64,000 bases of DNA from a virus (taxonomy: Duplodnaviria > Heunggongvirae > Uroviricota > Caudoviricetes). The position numbers and the translations under genes were made by a program. Positions 8,929 through 17,979 of this stretch are shown one piece after another. The notes below the pieces were generated by a model. The model saw only the letters and a list, made by a program, of their open reading frames with translations. It made no database searches and was not told the origin of the DNA. Position 1 is the first letter of the stretch. The number at the start of each line of letters is the position of its first letter. The stretch is from the IMG/VR virus record IMGVR_UViG_2939521961_000011; one strand, written 5' to 3'.

Positions 8929-9012
8929 TCAACCCCAGCGGCAAATCGAATAAACCACCAGCGCTACCGCCATTGCAACTCCTGCCGTTACGAATGCCTC
9001 AGGCCAGGTCAT
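8929..9012 (-). CDS. 27-aa hydrophobic peptide, conserved in both prophages
   Basis: ATG overlaps the upstream stop (ATGA); GAGGA RBS; copy at 54112-54195 differs by 5 synonymous and 3 conservative changes. Confidence 0.55.
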   Translation of the reverse strand: MTWPEAFVTAGVAMAVALVVYSICRWG

Positions 9013-9194
9013 CGTAAACTATCCTCAGCGCCAATCAGTCCGTTTCGCTTCAGGCAGTCCATCGCTTTATACGGTAATTTGGCTGACAGGCGAAAATCAC
9101 CCTGCAGCATCAGGCTTATTCCCTTATCCCGGGCTTTCGCTCTGACCGCTGCCTCGCTACGACCAATCAGACTGCCGATACTTTCGACAGTCAT
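9009..9194 (-). CDS. small HTH-like protein
   Basis: Start at ATG 9194; conserved N-terminus with copy at 55625-55879. Confidence 0.4.
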   Translation of the reverse strand: MTVESIGSLIGRSEAAVRAKARDKGISLMLQGDFRLSAKLPYKAMDCLKRNGLIGAEDSLR

Positions 9195-9253
9195 CGTTCC
9201 CGCGCACTGCCGGAGTATCAGAATTTCAGCCCGGCACCACGTCTTCCACCCAC

Positions 9254-10015
9254 TCACCGCTGCTGTTCTCTGGTGGCGGTAATATCCCGGAGAATATCCC
9301 GGCACTTGTTCAGCTCCCGCAGCGCGGCGCAGACTCGCTCCCACTTCTGAACCTGACCTTTTGCCCGGCGCAGCTCGCGGTTAGCCACATGCAGCGATGG
9401 TAAAATCAGCCCATCCGGATGCTTTCTGGTGAACGACGGCTGTGACTGCACTGTGACCGCCACACTTTCCGTTTTTATTTCTTCCTGTGTTTCCGCTTCC
9501 CGGACTGGTAACGCAACACATGCTGGCTGAGGAAAGGCTTTACCATCGGTTTCCGCTACGGATGCAGCTTCCGGCTCTGCCGGTAAATCAGCGCCCGGTA
9601 TGCAGTAACGAAATTTACCGTTCTGATTTACGCGTGCCAGGCGCCCCGTTGCTGTTACGACCGCCAACGTGGAAGCAACCTTGCGAATGCTAACACCGAA
9701 CTTATCCGCCAGTTCCTCACACGTTTTAGCCCCATCCTGACAGATAAACTCAATCATCATGTCCGCGGTAACTTTTTGTTCGACCTCCCCGGTCAGCACA
9801 TCCGGTACTTCAGACTGTGCTGGCTGTTCTTCGGTTACCCCGGATTCACCTTCACCAGCCAGAAACCAGGTGTGACCCGTTTTATCAACAACGCCATTTT
9901 TTTTGAGTTCCCACAGTTCGTTGAGAACTTCTTCACGGCTGATATCAAGCCGCGCCGCCAGTTCAACAGAATTGGCTTTACCCATCGTTTTCAGTGCATG
10001 CAATACGGTTTCCAT
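9254..10015 (-). CDS. DUF1627-like phage protein (winged-helix N-terminus)
   Basis: 253 aa; homologous copy at 55939-56700; typical of lambdoid replication/nin regions. Confidence 0.55.
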   Translation of the reverse strand: METVLHALKTMGKANSVELAARLDISREEVLNELWELKKNGVVDKTGHTWFLAGEGESGVTEEQPAQSEVPDVLTGEVEQKVTADMMIEFICQDGAKTCEELADKFGVSIRKVASTLAVVTATGRLARVNQNGKFRYCIPGADLPAEPEAASVAETDGKAFPQPACVALPVREAETQEEIKTESVAVTVQSQPSFTRKHPDGLILPSLHVANRELRRAKGQVQKWERVCAALRELNKCRDILRDITATREQQR

Positions 10016-10044
10016 TAAAACTTCCTCCGGATAAAAATTACTTC

Positions 10045-10785
10045 TCAGTTCCTGTGCTGGCTGACGTTCGGACGCCAGCTCTCCCAGTTAAACGTCACCC
10101 AGCGACCACCGTTCATGGACATGCGGTCCATCACCCGCTCGCCGAGAAGTGTATTCATCGCTGCATGGTTAAGATTTGTCAGCATCCCCACACTGAGTAA
10201 CGATGCCGTTCTGCGGTCAACAATCTGATTCAGCGTGACCTGCTCATTACGCGTATCCCGTTGCATGCCAATTTCATCCAGTACCAGCAGGTCAACGCCA
10301 CACAATCCCTGCAAAAATTTTTCGCCCGAGTTTTTGTTGTCGTAGCTGCCATGTAACGCCAGCATCACATCCGCCACTGTTATCACAATCACACTGCGAC
10401 CTTTCGCCAGAAGGTGGTTGCCAATAGCCGCCGCCAGGTGGTTTTTTCCTGTGCCAGGCCTGCCACTGAAAACAAAATTCGTACAGCCGCCTTCCAGCTC
10501 TGCCGCAATGGATTTCGCCTGACTCAGGGCATGGCGCTGACCATCGTTCTGCACCCGGTAGTTACCGAACGTACACTTCCGGTGAAGCGGCTGGATACCG
10601 GAGCGGTTAATGATTTTTTCAACCCGCGTCTGATGATTCAGACGATTAACCTCCTCGCTTCGCTTACGCCCTTCAGCAAGCTGCCATTCCCGCCACTCCG
10701 TCACCGTACGGTACGGAGGGATTGCATCCTGCGGCACAAATCTGCTGACTCTTGCCAGAACACCACCTGACGTAATGTTTTTCAT
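10045..10785 (-). CDS. DnaC-like helicase loader (IstB-like AAA+ ATPase)
   Basis: Walker [12 protein letters not shown] and Walker [10 protein letters not shown] motifs; directly downstream of the O-like gene. Confidence 0.8.
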   Translation of the reverse strand: MKNITSGGVLARVSRFVPQDAIPPYRTVTEWREWQLAEGRKRSEEVNRLNHQTRVEKIINRSGIQPLHRKCTFGNYRVQNDGQRHALSQAKSIAAELEGGCTNFVFSGRPGTGKNHLAAAIGNHLLAKGRSVIVITVADVMLALHGSYDNKNSGEKFLQGLCGVDLLVLDEIGMQRDTRNEQVTLNQIVDRRTASLLSVGMLTNLNHAAMNTLLGERVMDRMSMNGGRWVTFNWESWRPNVSQHRN

Positions 10786-10791
10786 GATGCG

Positions 10792-11799
10792 CTACCCCCT
10801 GAAACCCGGCGGAATTTCGGTATCCGGTTCAGAAATATGATTCACGCAACGCTGCGCGGGACCACGCCACAGTCGAATAACCAGTTCATCCCATTTCTCA
10901 CGGAGTTTTTCCGGGCTCTTGATGTTTTTTATCCAGAACGGATCCCGTTGTGCCCGGCTGAACATTTCGCAAATTTGTCTGTGACTTCTTCCATCCAGCA
11001 TCCGCATTGTGCGCACGTCATTGGCCCACGCCGTCCAGTTGGGCTCTTTCGGTCGCGTGATCTCACCATCGTCACTGGCAGCCTGTTCGTACAGGTTTAC
11101 AACCCGCCCCCAGATCCACTGCGCACATGTCAAATCCTCCCGGGTTCCCCACTGGCGTTTTTTCACGCTGAACACAACTGCATCAGGATGGCGGGTTAAA
11201 AACGCCTGTTCAGCCGTCAACTCGTCCGGTTGCGAAGCGTCCGGACAAGAGAGTTTTTTATTCTCTGTTGTATTCTCTGTTGTATTCTCTGTAGGATCAT
11301 CGGGCCATTTTGACCTGATGACATTGGGCCGTTTTGAACCAATGGAACGTTTCATTTTGACCTCTTCCATCGTGTCATTTTGACCTGATGGAGTGGCGCA
11401 TTTTGACCCGATGGATTCGTTCACTTTGCCATCATCTAAAAGCGCGCTATCGTAGTTAATTGTGTAAAAATTAGTCATATCACGCTTCGATTTATTGAGC
11501 TTTTCGCTACGCAAAAGCCCCAGCGCTTTCAGACTTGCAAACGCACGCTTTAACGTTGACTCTGACCAGAACGGAAACTGTTCCAGCCATTGTTCCGTTG
11601 TGTTGTAAATCCAGCGAACGCCATCACATTCCATGCCGGAACTGGTATCCCTCAACCAGTAATGCAGTTGCTGCAACACAATGGCTTCGTTTAAACCAAT
11701 CTTCATCGCCAGCTGTGTGTTTATAACCAGCGGGCGTTCAGCAAAAAGAAGGCTCATAATTCCATCCGGCTTTTTGTTGGTACTGGTGACGATAGGCAC
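10792..11799 (-). CDS. replication initiator O-like protein
   Basis: Iterons embedded in the coding region, C-terminal region homologous to copy 2, followed by the helicase loader. Confidence 0.7.
   Translation of the reverse strand: MPIVTSTNKKPDGIMSLLFAERPLVINTQLAMKIGLNEAIVLQQLHYWLRDTSSGMECDGVRWIYNTTEQWLEQFPFWSESTLKRAFASLKALGLLRSEKLNKSKRDMTNFYTINYDSALLDDGKVNESIGSKCATPSGQNDTMEEVKMKRSIGSKRPNVIRSKWPDDPTENTTENTTENKKLSCPDASQPDELTAEQAFLTRHPDAVVFSVKKRQWGTREDLTCAQWIWGRVVNLYEQAASDDGEITRPKEPNWTAWANDVRTMRMLDGRSHRQICEMFSRAQRDPFWIKNIKSPEKLREKWDELVIRLWRGPAQRCVNHISEPDTEIPPGFRG
11305..11430. repeat. ori iterons (4-5 copies of ~CATTTTGACCTGATGG) inside the O gene, preceded by a 12-bp tandem repeat at 11262-11297
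   Basis: Direct repeats visible in sequence; lambda-like placement of ori within O. Confidence 0.7.
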
Positions 11800-12259
11800 G
11801 CTTGAAAGCGATTGCTTTTTCTATAAGCTCGTCTGTCTCACGTTCCACAACAGCTGGATCTGCAAAAAGCAGCCCGGACTCCACCACATCGCCATATTCT
11901 TTGTTTAACCCGGCAATCATGTACGTAATGCTTTTTCCGTCAGTAATTTCGCGGTACAACCTGAAATCACTAATCCGGATAGCCTCCATAATTGCCGGAA
12001 TCAGCGCCGTGAATTTTTCACGCTTATCCCTGGTGTCGATAGCCTTCCAGCGTTCGAATATCTTCACCCGGTTAACGCCCAGTGCCCGTTGATCAACCTC
12101 GCCATCATTAAACGTGATGCGTTGAACATCGATGTTCGGGCGTTCTTTCAGAGCCCAGAATGCTTCCGTGATTAATATCGTCGCCTGTTCCTGTGTCATT
12201 CCTGGTCGGCACACCCAGGCATCCAGAGCCTCACAAACCTGTTCAGGGGTGATTTTCAT
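11738..12259 (-). CDS. hypothetical protein in the cII position
   Basis: 173-aa ORF between dicC and O; positional analog of YdaT in prophage 2 but not obviously similar. Confidence 0.4.
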   Translation of the reverse strand: MKITPEQVCEALDAWVCRPGMTQEQATILITEAFWALKERPNIDVQRITFNDGEVDQRALGVNRVKIFERWKAIDTRDKREKFTALIPAIMEAIRISDFRLYREITDGKSITYMIAGLNKEYGDVVESGLLFADPAVVERETDELIEKAIAFKRAYRHQYQQKAGWNYEPSFC

Positions 12260-12473
12260 TGTTCAACCGCCCCGCCCGCTTTGCCTTACGATATTCGTCA
12301 TAAACTTTGGGGTCGTACTGAAGTTCCCCGCCGGATGCCTCTTGCAGGCGCATCGCGCGACCTTCAGGTACTAGCTCCCCTTTCCAGCTATAAAGCGAAG
12401 CCAAACGAATACCAGCAGCTTGTGCAAGTTTTGTTTTTGAACCGAAATACAAAAGTGCGTCAGTTTTAAGCAT
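12243..12473 (-). CDS. dicC: DicC, Cro-like repressor
   Basis: 76 aa, divergent from dicA, sequence as recalled for Qin DicC. Confidence 0.85.
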   Translation of the reverse strand: MLKTDALLYFGSKTKLAQAAGIRLASLYSWKGELVPEGRAMRLQEASGGELQYDPKVYDEYRKAKRAGRLNNENHP

Positions 12474-12490
12474 TTAAAGCACCTTGATTG

Positions 12491-12554
12491 TTAGCCATGA
12501 CTAACAAAATAGATGTTAACAAAAACATAGTCAATAAGATTTAGCATTAGCTAA
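12491..12554. promoter_or_regulatory. dicC-dicA intergenic operators (TTAGCCATGACTAA and TTAGCATTAGCTAA palindromes) with divergent promoters
   Basis: 14-bp palindromes at 12491-12504 and 12541-12554. Confidence 0.6.
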
Positions 12555-12556
12555 CT

Positions 12557-12964
12557 ATGGATACAAAAAATTTAACCATTGGCGAACGCATTAGATATCG
12601 CCGAAAAAACCTCAAATACACCCAAAGGTCTCTTGCTAAAGTCCTGAAAATTTCTCACGTATCGGTTTCACAATGGGAGCGGGATGATAGCGAACCTACA
12701 GGAAAGAATCTTTTTGCCCTCAGCAAAGTACTGCAGTGCTCGCCAACATGGATTCTATTTGGCGATGAAGACAAGCAGCCATCACCACCTATTGAGGAGC
12801 CAGTTGCTCTATCCCCCAAAGAACATGAGCTCCTTGAGCTTTTTAATGCATTGCCTGAATCAGAACAGGATGCTCAGCTCACCGAGATGCGCGCCCGAGT
12901 AAAAAATTTCAACAAACTCTTTGAAGAGTTATTAAAAGCCCGTCAACGAACAAACAAAAGATAA
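12557..12964 (+). CDS. dicA: DicA, CI-like HTH repressor lacking a peptidase domain
   Basis: 135 aa; N-terminal XRE HTH; sequence as recalled for Qin DicA. Confidence 0.85.
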   Translation: MDTKNLTIGERIRYRRKNLKYTQRSLAKVLKISHVSVSQWERDDSEPTGKNLFALSKVLQCSPTWILFGDEDKQPSPPIEEPVALSPKEHELLELFNALPESEQDAQLTEMRARVKNFNKLFEELLKARQRTNKR

Positions 12965-12988
12965 CGCAATCAATGCGTTATCTTTTTG
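12961..12988 (+). terminator. terminator hairpin after dicA
   Basis: TAACGCA...TGCGTTA hairpin plus T-run. Confidence 0.5.
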
Positions 12989-13001
12989 GTTGCCCAAAAT
13001 G

Positions 13002-13050
13002 TTAGTCATGGCAAACAAAAATACTTGACCAAATTGTTAGTCATGGCTAA
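13002..13050 (+). promoter_or_regulatory. dicB-operon promoter overlapped by two DicA operator palindromes (TTAGTCATGGCAAA, TTAGTCATGGCTAA)
   Basis: Operators at 13002-13015 and 13037-13050 flank a TTGACC -35 element. Confidence 0.55.
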
Positions 13051-13130
13051 TCTTGCTTGCATCAAGACACCGCACGGTGTTCTCAGCAAACAGTTCCGCT
13101 ACCCCGGCGTTAAGGGGAAATGAGGTCAAC

Positions 13131-13283
13131 ATGGATACGCTCAATCTTGGCAACAACGAATCTCTGGTATGCGGAGTATTCTCCAACCTGGACGGCACGT
13201 TTACCGCGATGACGTATACCAGAAGCAAAACGTTTAAAACTGAAGCTGGCGCGCGTCGCTGGTTAGCCAGAAACACTGACTGA
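13131..13283 (+). CDS. ydfA: YdfA (DUF1391 small protein)
   Basis: 50 aa from ATG 13131 with AAGGGGAAATGAGG RBS; copy at 60431-60583. Confidence 0.7.
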   Translation: MDTLNLGNNESLVCGVFSNLDGTFTAMTYTRSKTFKTEAGARRWLARNTD

Positions 13284-13294
13284 TGAGGTTGACG

Positions 13295-13933
13295 ATGGAA
13301 TTTAAAGATTTACCTCCTTCAATCCAGGAGATTGCAGCACACACACTTCGTCATCGTCTGAACGAACTTGAATTGGAATCGGTAACGAAAAAAGACACTG
13401 ATAATATGGCTCGTAATGTGCGCGATGCGTTTACCGGATTGTATTTCTGTGCGTCTATAAATAAACACGACTCAGAGAGTGTGGCAAATAAAATTGCAGA
13501 AACGACAGCGCAAAACATCAATACGAAACCAACGGAAGAAGAAATTGATCAGTTTGCTCATGATGCTGGTTTAAAAAACAAGAAAGAAAAATCGCCATAT
13601 GCGGGGAACATGTTTGTTTATGACAATCTCATCAGAATTCGTGGCGAAATTCCGGCGGAATACCTGGCAAGAGTCCATCAGGCATTGCTTAAAAATTTGG
13701 AAACAGAATTATTTGATGGCAACACTAACGGTTTCTTCATGGTATCAGGCCTTGAGAAAGACTGGGATGCAGAAAAACGCTGGAATGTTGCTACATGGTT
13801 ATTCAGTAACAGAGCCGCTGCACTGGAAGCTTCGGCATGTATTTGCGGCCTGTTCTTAACAGACCACAAATATAATCTGGATGTGTACAGTTATATTTAC
13901 GCTGAACACGGTCCACTCTGGATTGACTGGTAA
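13295..13933 (+). CDS. hypothetical 212-aa protein (insertion replacing ydfB-ydfC)
   Basis: GAGG RBS; no TM segments or recognizable motifs; absent from prophage 2 and from the Qin arrangement as recalled. Confidence 0.5.
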   Translation: MEFKDLPPSIQEIAAHTLRHRLNELELESVTKKDTDNMARNVRDAFTGLYFCASINKHDSESVANKIAETTAQNINTKPTEEEIDQFAHDAGLKNKKEKSPYAGNMFVYDNLIRIRGEIPAEYLARVHQALLKNLETELFDGNTNGFFMVSGLEKDWDAEKRWNVATWLFSNRAAALEASACICGLFLTDHKYNLDVYSYIYAEHGPLWIDW

Positions 13934-14143
13934 TTATAAGGAAACACCAGCAGGGCCGCGGCGACCAACAGAACGATTAAAATCAATAATGCCATTATAA
14001 AGGACATTATTTAATTTATCGTCGAATGCTGATTCTGTGAGCCTCAACTCTGAATGAGTTTTTAATAACCCTGATTGCCTGAGTTGATTTACCAGGCATT
14101 CAATCTGTTTTTCAATAAGCGGATTTCTTTTTTTGTTTGGCAT
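13934..14143 (-). CDS. hypothetical 69-aa protein, convergent partner of the 212-aa gene
   Basis: GGAGGA RBS 4 nt before ATG; 3' end abuts the stop of the 212-aa gene. Confidence 0.5.
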   Translation of the reverse strand: MPNKKRNPLIEKQIECLVNQLRQSGLLKTHSELRLTESAFDDKLNNVLYNGIIDFNRSVGRRGPAGVSL

Positions 14144-14480
14144 TTTATCCTCCATTGAGGTTCTGGGTTAAAAATGGAGACCAACACGCTGTCACGTGTG
14201 GTCGTGCGCCGGACACGGATAAGAATCCGGTACTGACAGTTTACTGAAAGGATATTTCCCTGAAAAGTCAGTGCATAACGCGAAAGCGTACGGCGAAGCT
14301 CTTTCCCTTAGAAGGCTTGTCGTTAGATTTCTTCGAACGTGCGCTTCCGGTTGTGGCACTCCGCGAAATGGCGCGGCGGTAAGTATGGCGGGGTTATTCC
14401 TTCCCCATTGAGGACACCGGGTTGTCAGGTTGACCATACGCTTAAGTGACAACCCCGCTGCAACGCCCTCTGTTATCAAT

Positions 14481-14538
14481 TTTCTGGTGACGTTTGGCGG
14501 TATCAGTTTTACTCCGTGGCTGCTCTGCCGCCCTTTTT
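14481..14538 (+). ncRNA. dicF: DicF small RNA
   Basis: Matches DicF as recalled (TTTCTGGTGACGTTTGGCGGTATCAGTTTTACTCC...CTGCTCTGCCGCCCTTTTT); followed by a conserved long-range inverted repeat at 14543-14557 / 14669-14683. Confidence 0.8.
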
Positions 14539-14707
14539 AAAGTGAATTTTGTGATGCGGTGAATGCGGCTAAGCGCACGCGGAACAGTTAAAACCAAAAA
14601 CAGTGTTATGGGTGGATTCTCTGTATCCGGCGTTAATTGTTAACTGGTTAACGTCACCTGGAGGCACCAGGCACTGCATCACAAAATTCATTGTTGAGGA
14701 CGCGATA

Positions 14708-14896
14708 ATGGAAACGTTATTACCAAACGTTAATACGTCTGAAGGTTGTTTTGATATTGGTGTTCTGCTCAGTAACCGGGAGTTTACTGAAGATGCCATT
14801 AACATGAGGAAATATGAGCCTTATCTGCTCAATGATAATTCCATACTTTCCCGAATTGCTCTTCTTGAACTTGGTATTTTCGGAGAACGTCAATGA
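14708..14896 (+). CDS. dicB: DicB cell-division inhibitor
   Basis: 62 aa starting METLLPNVNTSEGCF, downstream of dicF. Confidence 0.8.
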   Translation: METLLPNVNTSEGCFDIGVLLSNREFTEDAINMRKYEPYLLNDNSILSRIALLELGIFGERQ

Positions 14897-15081
14897 CTTC
14901 AGCATTTGCACTGATGATGACGGTTTTTCTTATAACGGGTGAATCACAGAATGTGATTACCGGAATTTATGCCAGTAAAGAATCCTGCCTCCAGGCAAGA
15001 GACGAGCAAAAAATTTCTGGTGAATGCCTCCCGGTAAAAAAAGTATCGCTGTACCTGAATAACGAAACACCGGCTGGATAA
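14893..15081 (+). CDS. ydfD: YdfD-like small protein
   Basis: 62 aa, hydrophobic N-terminus, position after dicB. Confidence 0.65.
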   Translation: MTSAFALMMTVFLITGESQNVITGIYASKESCLQARDEQKISGECLPVKKVSLYLNNETPAG

Positions 15082-15173
15082 CCCTCCAGCCATATTAACA
15101 CCATACCAACGGATTAAAAATGCCAGCAATGGCAGGGATTTGTTCACCCTTAAATCTGTAATGAGGTTTATCA

Positions 15174-17636
15174 ATGAGCACTGATAAAGAAGAATTTGCG
15201 CTATATTGCGAAGCAAAAAATGACAAAGTCAGAAAACGTCTGGGAATTAAAGGTGGTTTTTACTGGACTACAGCAAAAAAATTATCTGTTGCCATCTCCC
15301 GCTGCATTACCGCAATGGATGACAACGATTATGATGAAGACGACTTTAAAAAACCCGTTCGCGTCCATTTACCCGTTGTGAATGACCTTCCACCTGAAGG
15401 CGTGTTTGATACCGAATTCTGCAACCGATACGAAAAAGGCGGGGAAGATGGCATTACAATGGTATTTATCGCGCCCTCTCCCTCCGTGCAGGAGAAACCA
15501 GCCAGTACTGACAATACCAACGTCAACGGCGAAGACATGACGGAGATTGAGGAGAATATGCTCCTGCCGGTTTCTGGTCAGGAGCTGCCCATTCGCTGGC
15601 TTGCGCAACACGGCAGCGAAAAACCAGTAACGCACGTTGCACGGGAAGAACTTCAGGCATTACATATAGCACGGGCGGAAGAACTGCCGGCTGTTACTGC
15701 CCTGGCCATTTCTCACAAAACAAAGCTGCTCGACCCGCTGGAGATTCGCGACCTTCACAAACTGGTACGCGACACTGACAAAGTTTTCCCTAATCCCGGT
15801 AATTCAGACCTGGGACTGATAACTGCTTTTTTCGAGGCATACCTGGACGCTGACTACACTGATCGGGGTCTGCTGACAAAAGAGTGGATGAAAGGAAATC
15901 GTGTTTCGCGTATCACCCGTACGGCTTCCGGTGCAAATGCCGGTGGCGGGAACAAAACCGATCGCAATCCGAATTTAGTACACACCTTCGATACGCTGGA
16001 TGTGGAGATTGCAGCAGCCACACTTCCGATGGATTTTAATATTTATGAAATTCCGGGCAGCGTTTATCGTCGCGCAAAAGAAATCGTCCTGAAAAGAGAA
16101 AGTCCGTTCAAAGAATGGTCCGCAGCACTTCGCGCAACCCCGGGTATTCTGGACTATTCCCGCGCCGCTATTTTTGCACTTATCCGGAGCGCTCACCCTG
16201 AGTTTTATCACTACCCGGGACGCCTTCAGGGGTATATCAACGCCTACTTAACGGAGACTGATCACGAGAACCCCAGCAAGGAAACTCTCACTGCTGCACG
16301 ACATACACCGGAAAAAGATATCCTGGAAGAAGTTAACCGCGAACTGTCTGCTAAGCAGGAAACAGAAGAAGAAGAAAATGATGAAGAAAAACCGCAACCA
16401 TCTTGCGCAATGGCAGATGAACAGGCAACGGCTGAAACAGTGGAACCGGATGCAACTGAACATCATCAGGACACGCAGCCGCTGGATGCTCAGTCACAGG
16501 TAAATTCTGTTGATGCGAAATATCAGAAACTGCGGGCAGAACTCCATGAAGCCCGGAAAAACATTCCGCCCCCAAACCCTGTCGATGCAGACAAATTACT
16601 GGCTGCCTCTCGCGGAGAATTTGTTGAAGGGATTAGCGACCCGAATGATCCGAAATGGATTAAGGGGATCCAGACCCGCGATTCTGTGTACCAGAACCAG
16701 CAAGAAACGGAACAGAACGACCAGAAAGCGGAACAAAACAGCCCAAATGCGTTACAAAACGAGCCAGAAACGAAACAGCCTGAACCAGTGGCGCAACAGG
16801 AAGTGGAAAAAGTCTGCACCGCCTGCGGTCAGACCGGCGGCGGCAACTGCCCTGATTGTGGCGCTGTGATGGGCGACGCAACATACCAGGAAACATTCGA
16901 TGACAAGAACCTGGTTGAAGTTCAGGAAGACGATTCGGAGAAAATGGAAGGCGCTGAACATCCACACAAGGAGAATGCTGGCAGCGCTCAGGACCACGCC
17001 AGCGATAGTGAAACTGGCGAGACGGCAGATCCCTTAATTACGGTGAACGGTCATCACGTTATCACATCCACCAGCAGGACGTGTGACCATCTAATGATCG
17101 ACCTTGAAACCATGGGAAAAAATCCTGATGCCCCGATTATCTCAATAGGTGCAATATTTTTCGATCCGCAAACCGGAGATATGGGACCGGAATTTAGTAA
17201 GACTATCGATCTGGAAACTGCTGGCGGAGTCATTGATCGGGACACCATTAAATGGTGGCTTAAGCAATCACGCGAAGCGCAATCTGCCATTATGACCGAT
17301 GAAATCCCGTTAGATGATGCACTGTTACAATTGCGGGAATTTATCGACGAAAACTCCGGTGAATTTTTTGTTCAGGTCTGGGGAAATGGAGCCAACTTCG
17401 ACAACACGATTTTGCGCCGTTCATACGAACGGCAGGGGATCCCCTGCCCGTGGCGTTACTACAACGATCGCGATGTGCGCACAATCGTTGAGCTGGGGAA
17501 AGCCATAGACTTCGATGCCAGAACGGCTATTCCATTCGAAGGTGAGCGCCATAATGCACTTGATGACGCCCGTTACCAGGCAAAATACGTTTCAGTTATC
17601 TGGCAAAAACTGATCCCGAGTCAGGCTGATTCTTAA
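15174..17636 (+). CDS. RecE-like N-terminal/central scaffold fused to a C-terminal DEDDh (DnaQ-like) 3'-5' exonuclease domain; intact YdfE-type protein
   Basis: Central region near-identical to the recE-like gene of prophage 2 ([18 protein letters not shown], zinc ribbon CxxC...CPDCG); C-terminus has DEDDh motifs ([25 protein letters not shown]). Confidence 0.7.
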   Translation: MSTDKEEFALYCEAKNDKVRKRLGIKGGFYWTTAKKLSVAISRCITAMDDNDYDEDDFKKPVRVHLPVVNDLPPEGVFDTEFCNRYEKGGEDGITMVFIAPSPSVQEKPASTDNTNVNGEDMTEIEENMLLPVSGQELPIRWLAQHGSEKPVTHVAREELQALHIARAEELPAVTALAISHKTKLLDPLEIRDLHKLVRDTDKVFPNPGNSDLGLITAFFEAYLDADYTDRGLLTKEWMKGNRVSRITRTASGANAGGGNKTDRNPNLVHTFDTLDVEIAAATLPMDFNIYEIPGSVYRRAKEIVLKRESPFKEWSAALRATPGILDYSRAAIFALIRSAHPEFYHYPGRLQGYINAYLTETDHENPSKETLTAARHTPEKDILEEVNRELSAKQETEEEENDEEKPQPSCAMADEQATAETVEPDATEHHQDTQPLDAQSQVNSVDAKYQKLRAELHEARKNIPPPNPVDADKLLAASRGEFVEGISDPNDPKWIKGIQTRDSVYQNQQETEQNDQKAEQNSPNALQNEPETKQPEPVAQQEVEKVCTACGQTGGGNCPDCGAVMGDATYQETFDDKNLVEVQEDDSEKMEGAEHPHKENAGSAQDHASDSETGETADPLITVNGHHVITSTSRTCDHLMIDLETMGKNPDAPIISIGAIFFDPQTGDMGPEFSKTIDLETAGGVIDRDTIKWWLKQSREAQSAIMTDEIPLDDALLQLREFIDENSGEFFVQVWGNGANFDNTILRRSYERQGIPCPWRYYNDRDVRTIVELGKAIDFDARTAIPFEGERHNALDDARYQAKYVSVIWQKLIPSQADS

Positions 17637-17708
17637 TGTTCAACTGTCGCCGGTTGTGACTGGTATTCTGCAACCGGCGCTCGTCTGATGTAAGAGATAA
17701 AGAAAGCG

Positions 17709-17960
17709 ATGAGCGAAGTAATCATGATTGTCTCTCCCGGCAAATGGGTATCCGAAGAGCAGTTAATTGCGCTGAAAGGAATAAAAAAAGGTACGTTAAA
17801 AAAGGCCCGGGAAAAATCGTTTATGGAAGGAAGGGAATATAAGCATGTCGCTCATGACGGTATGCCATGGGATAACAGTCCATGCTTTTACAACCTGGAA
17901 GAAATTGATCGCTGGATTGAGCGCCAGGCATCTGCAAGACCAAGACGTCATCTTGCTTGA
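17709..17960 (+). CDS. xis: excisionase-like protein
   Basis: Small basic protein immediately upstream of int. Confidence 0.5.
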   Translation: MSEVIMIVSPGKWVSEEQLIALKGIKKGTLKKAREKSFMEGREYKHVAHDGMPWDNSPCFYNLEEIDRWIERQASARPRRHLA

Positions 17961-17979
17961 CTAAAAGCAACACGAACCA

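Noticed and set aside
8842-9282. 146-aa plus-strand ORF
   Set aside because: Antisense to the conserved peptide and small HTH genes; Arg/Ser/Pro-rich; no RBS.
11262-11430. CRISPR-like repeat array
   Set aside because: The repeats lie inside an O-like replication gene, are iteron-like, and lack unique spacers or adjacent cas genes.
14192-14479. 95-aa minus-strand ORF upstream of dicF
   Set aside because: Pro/Arg-rich translation across a GC-rich structured region; more likely non-coding.
14160-14480. Retron msr-msd or other large structured RNA upstream of dicF
   Set aside because: No reverse-transcriptase gene or flanking a1/a2 repeats; it may simply be DicF precursor structure, so it is kept only as part of a finding.
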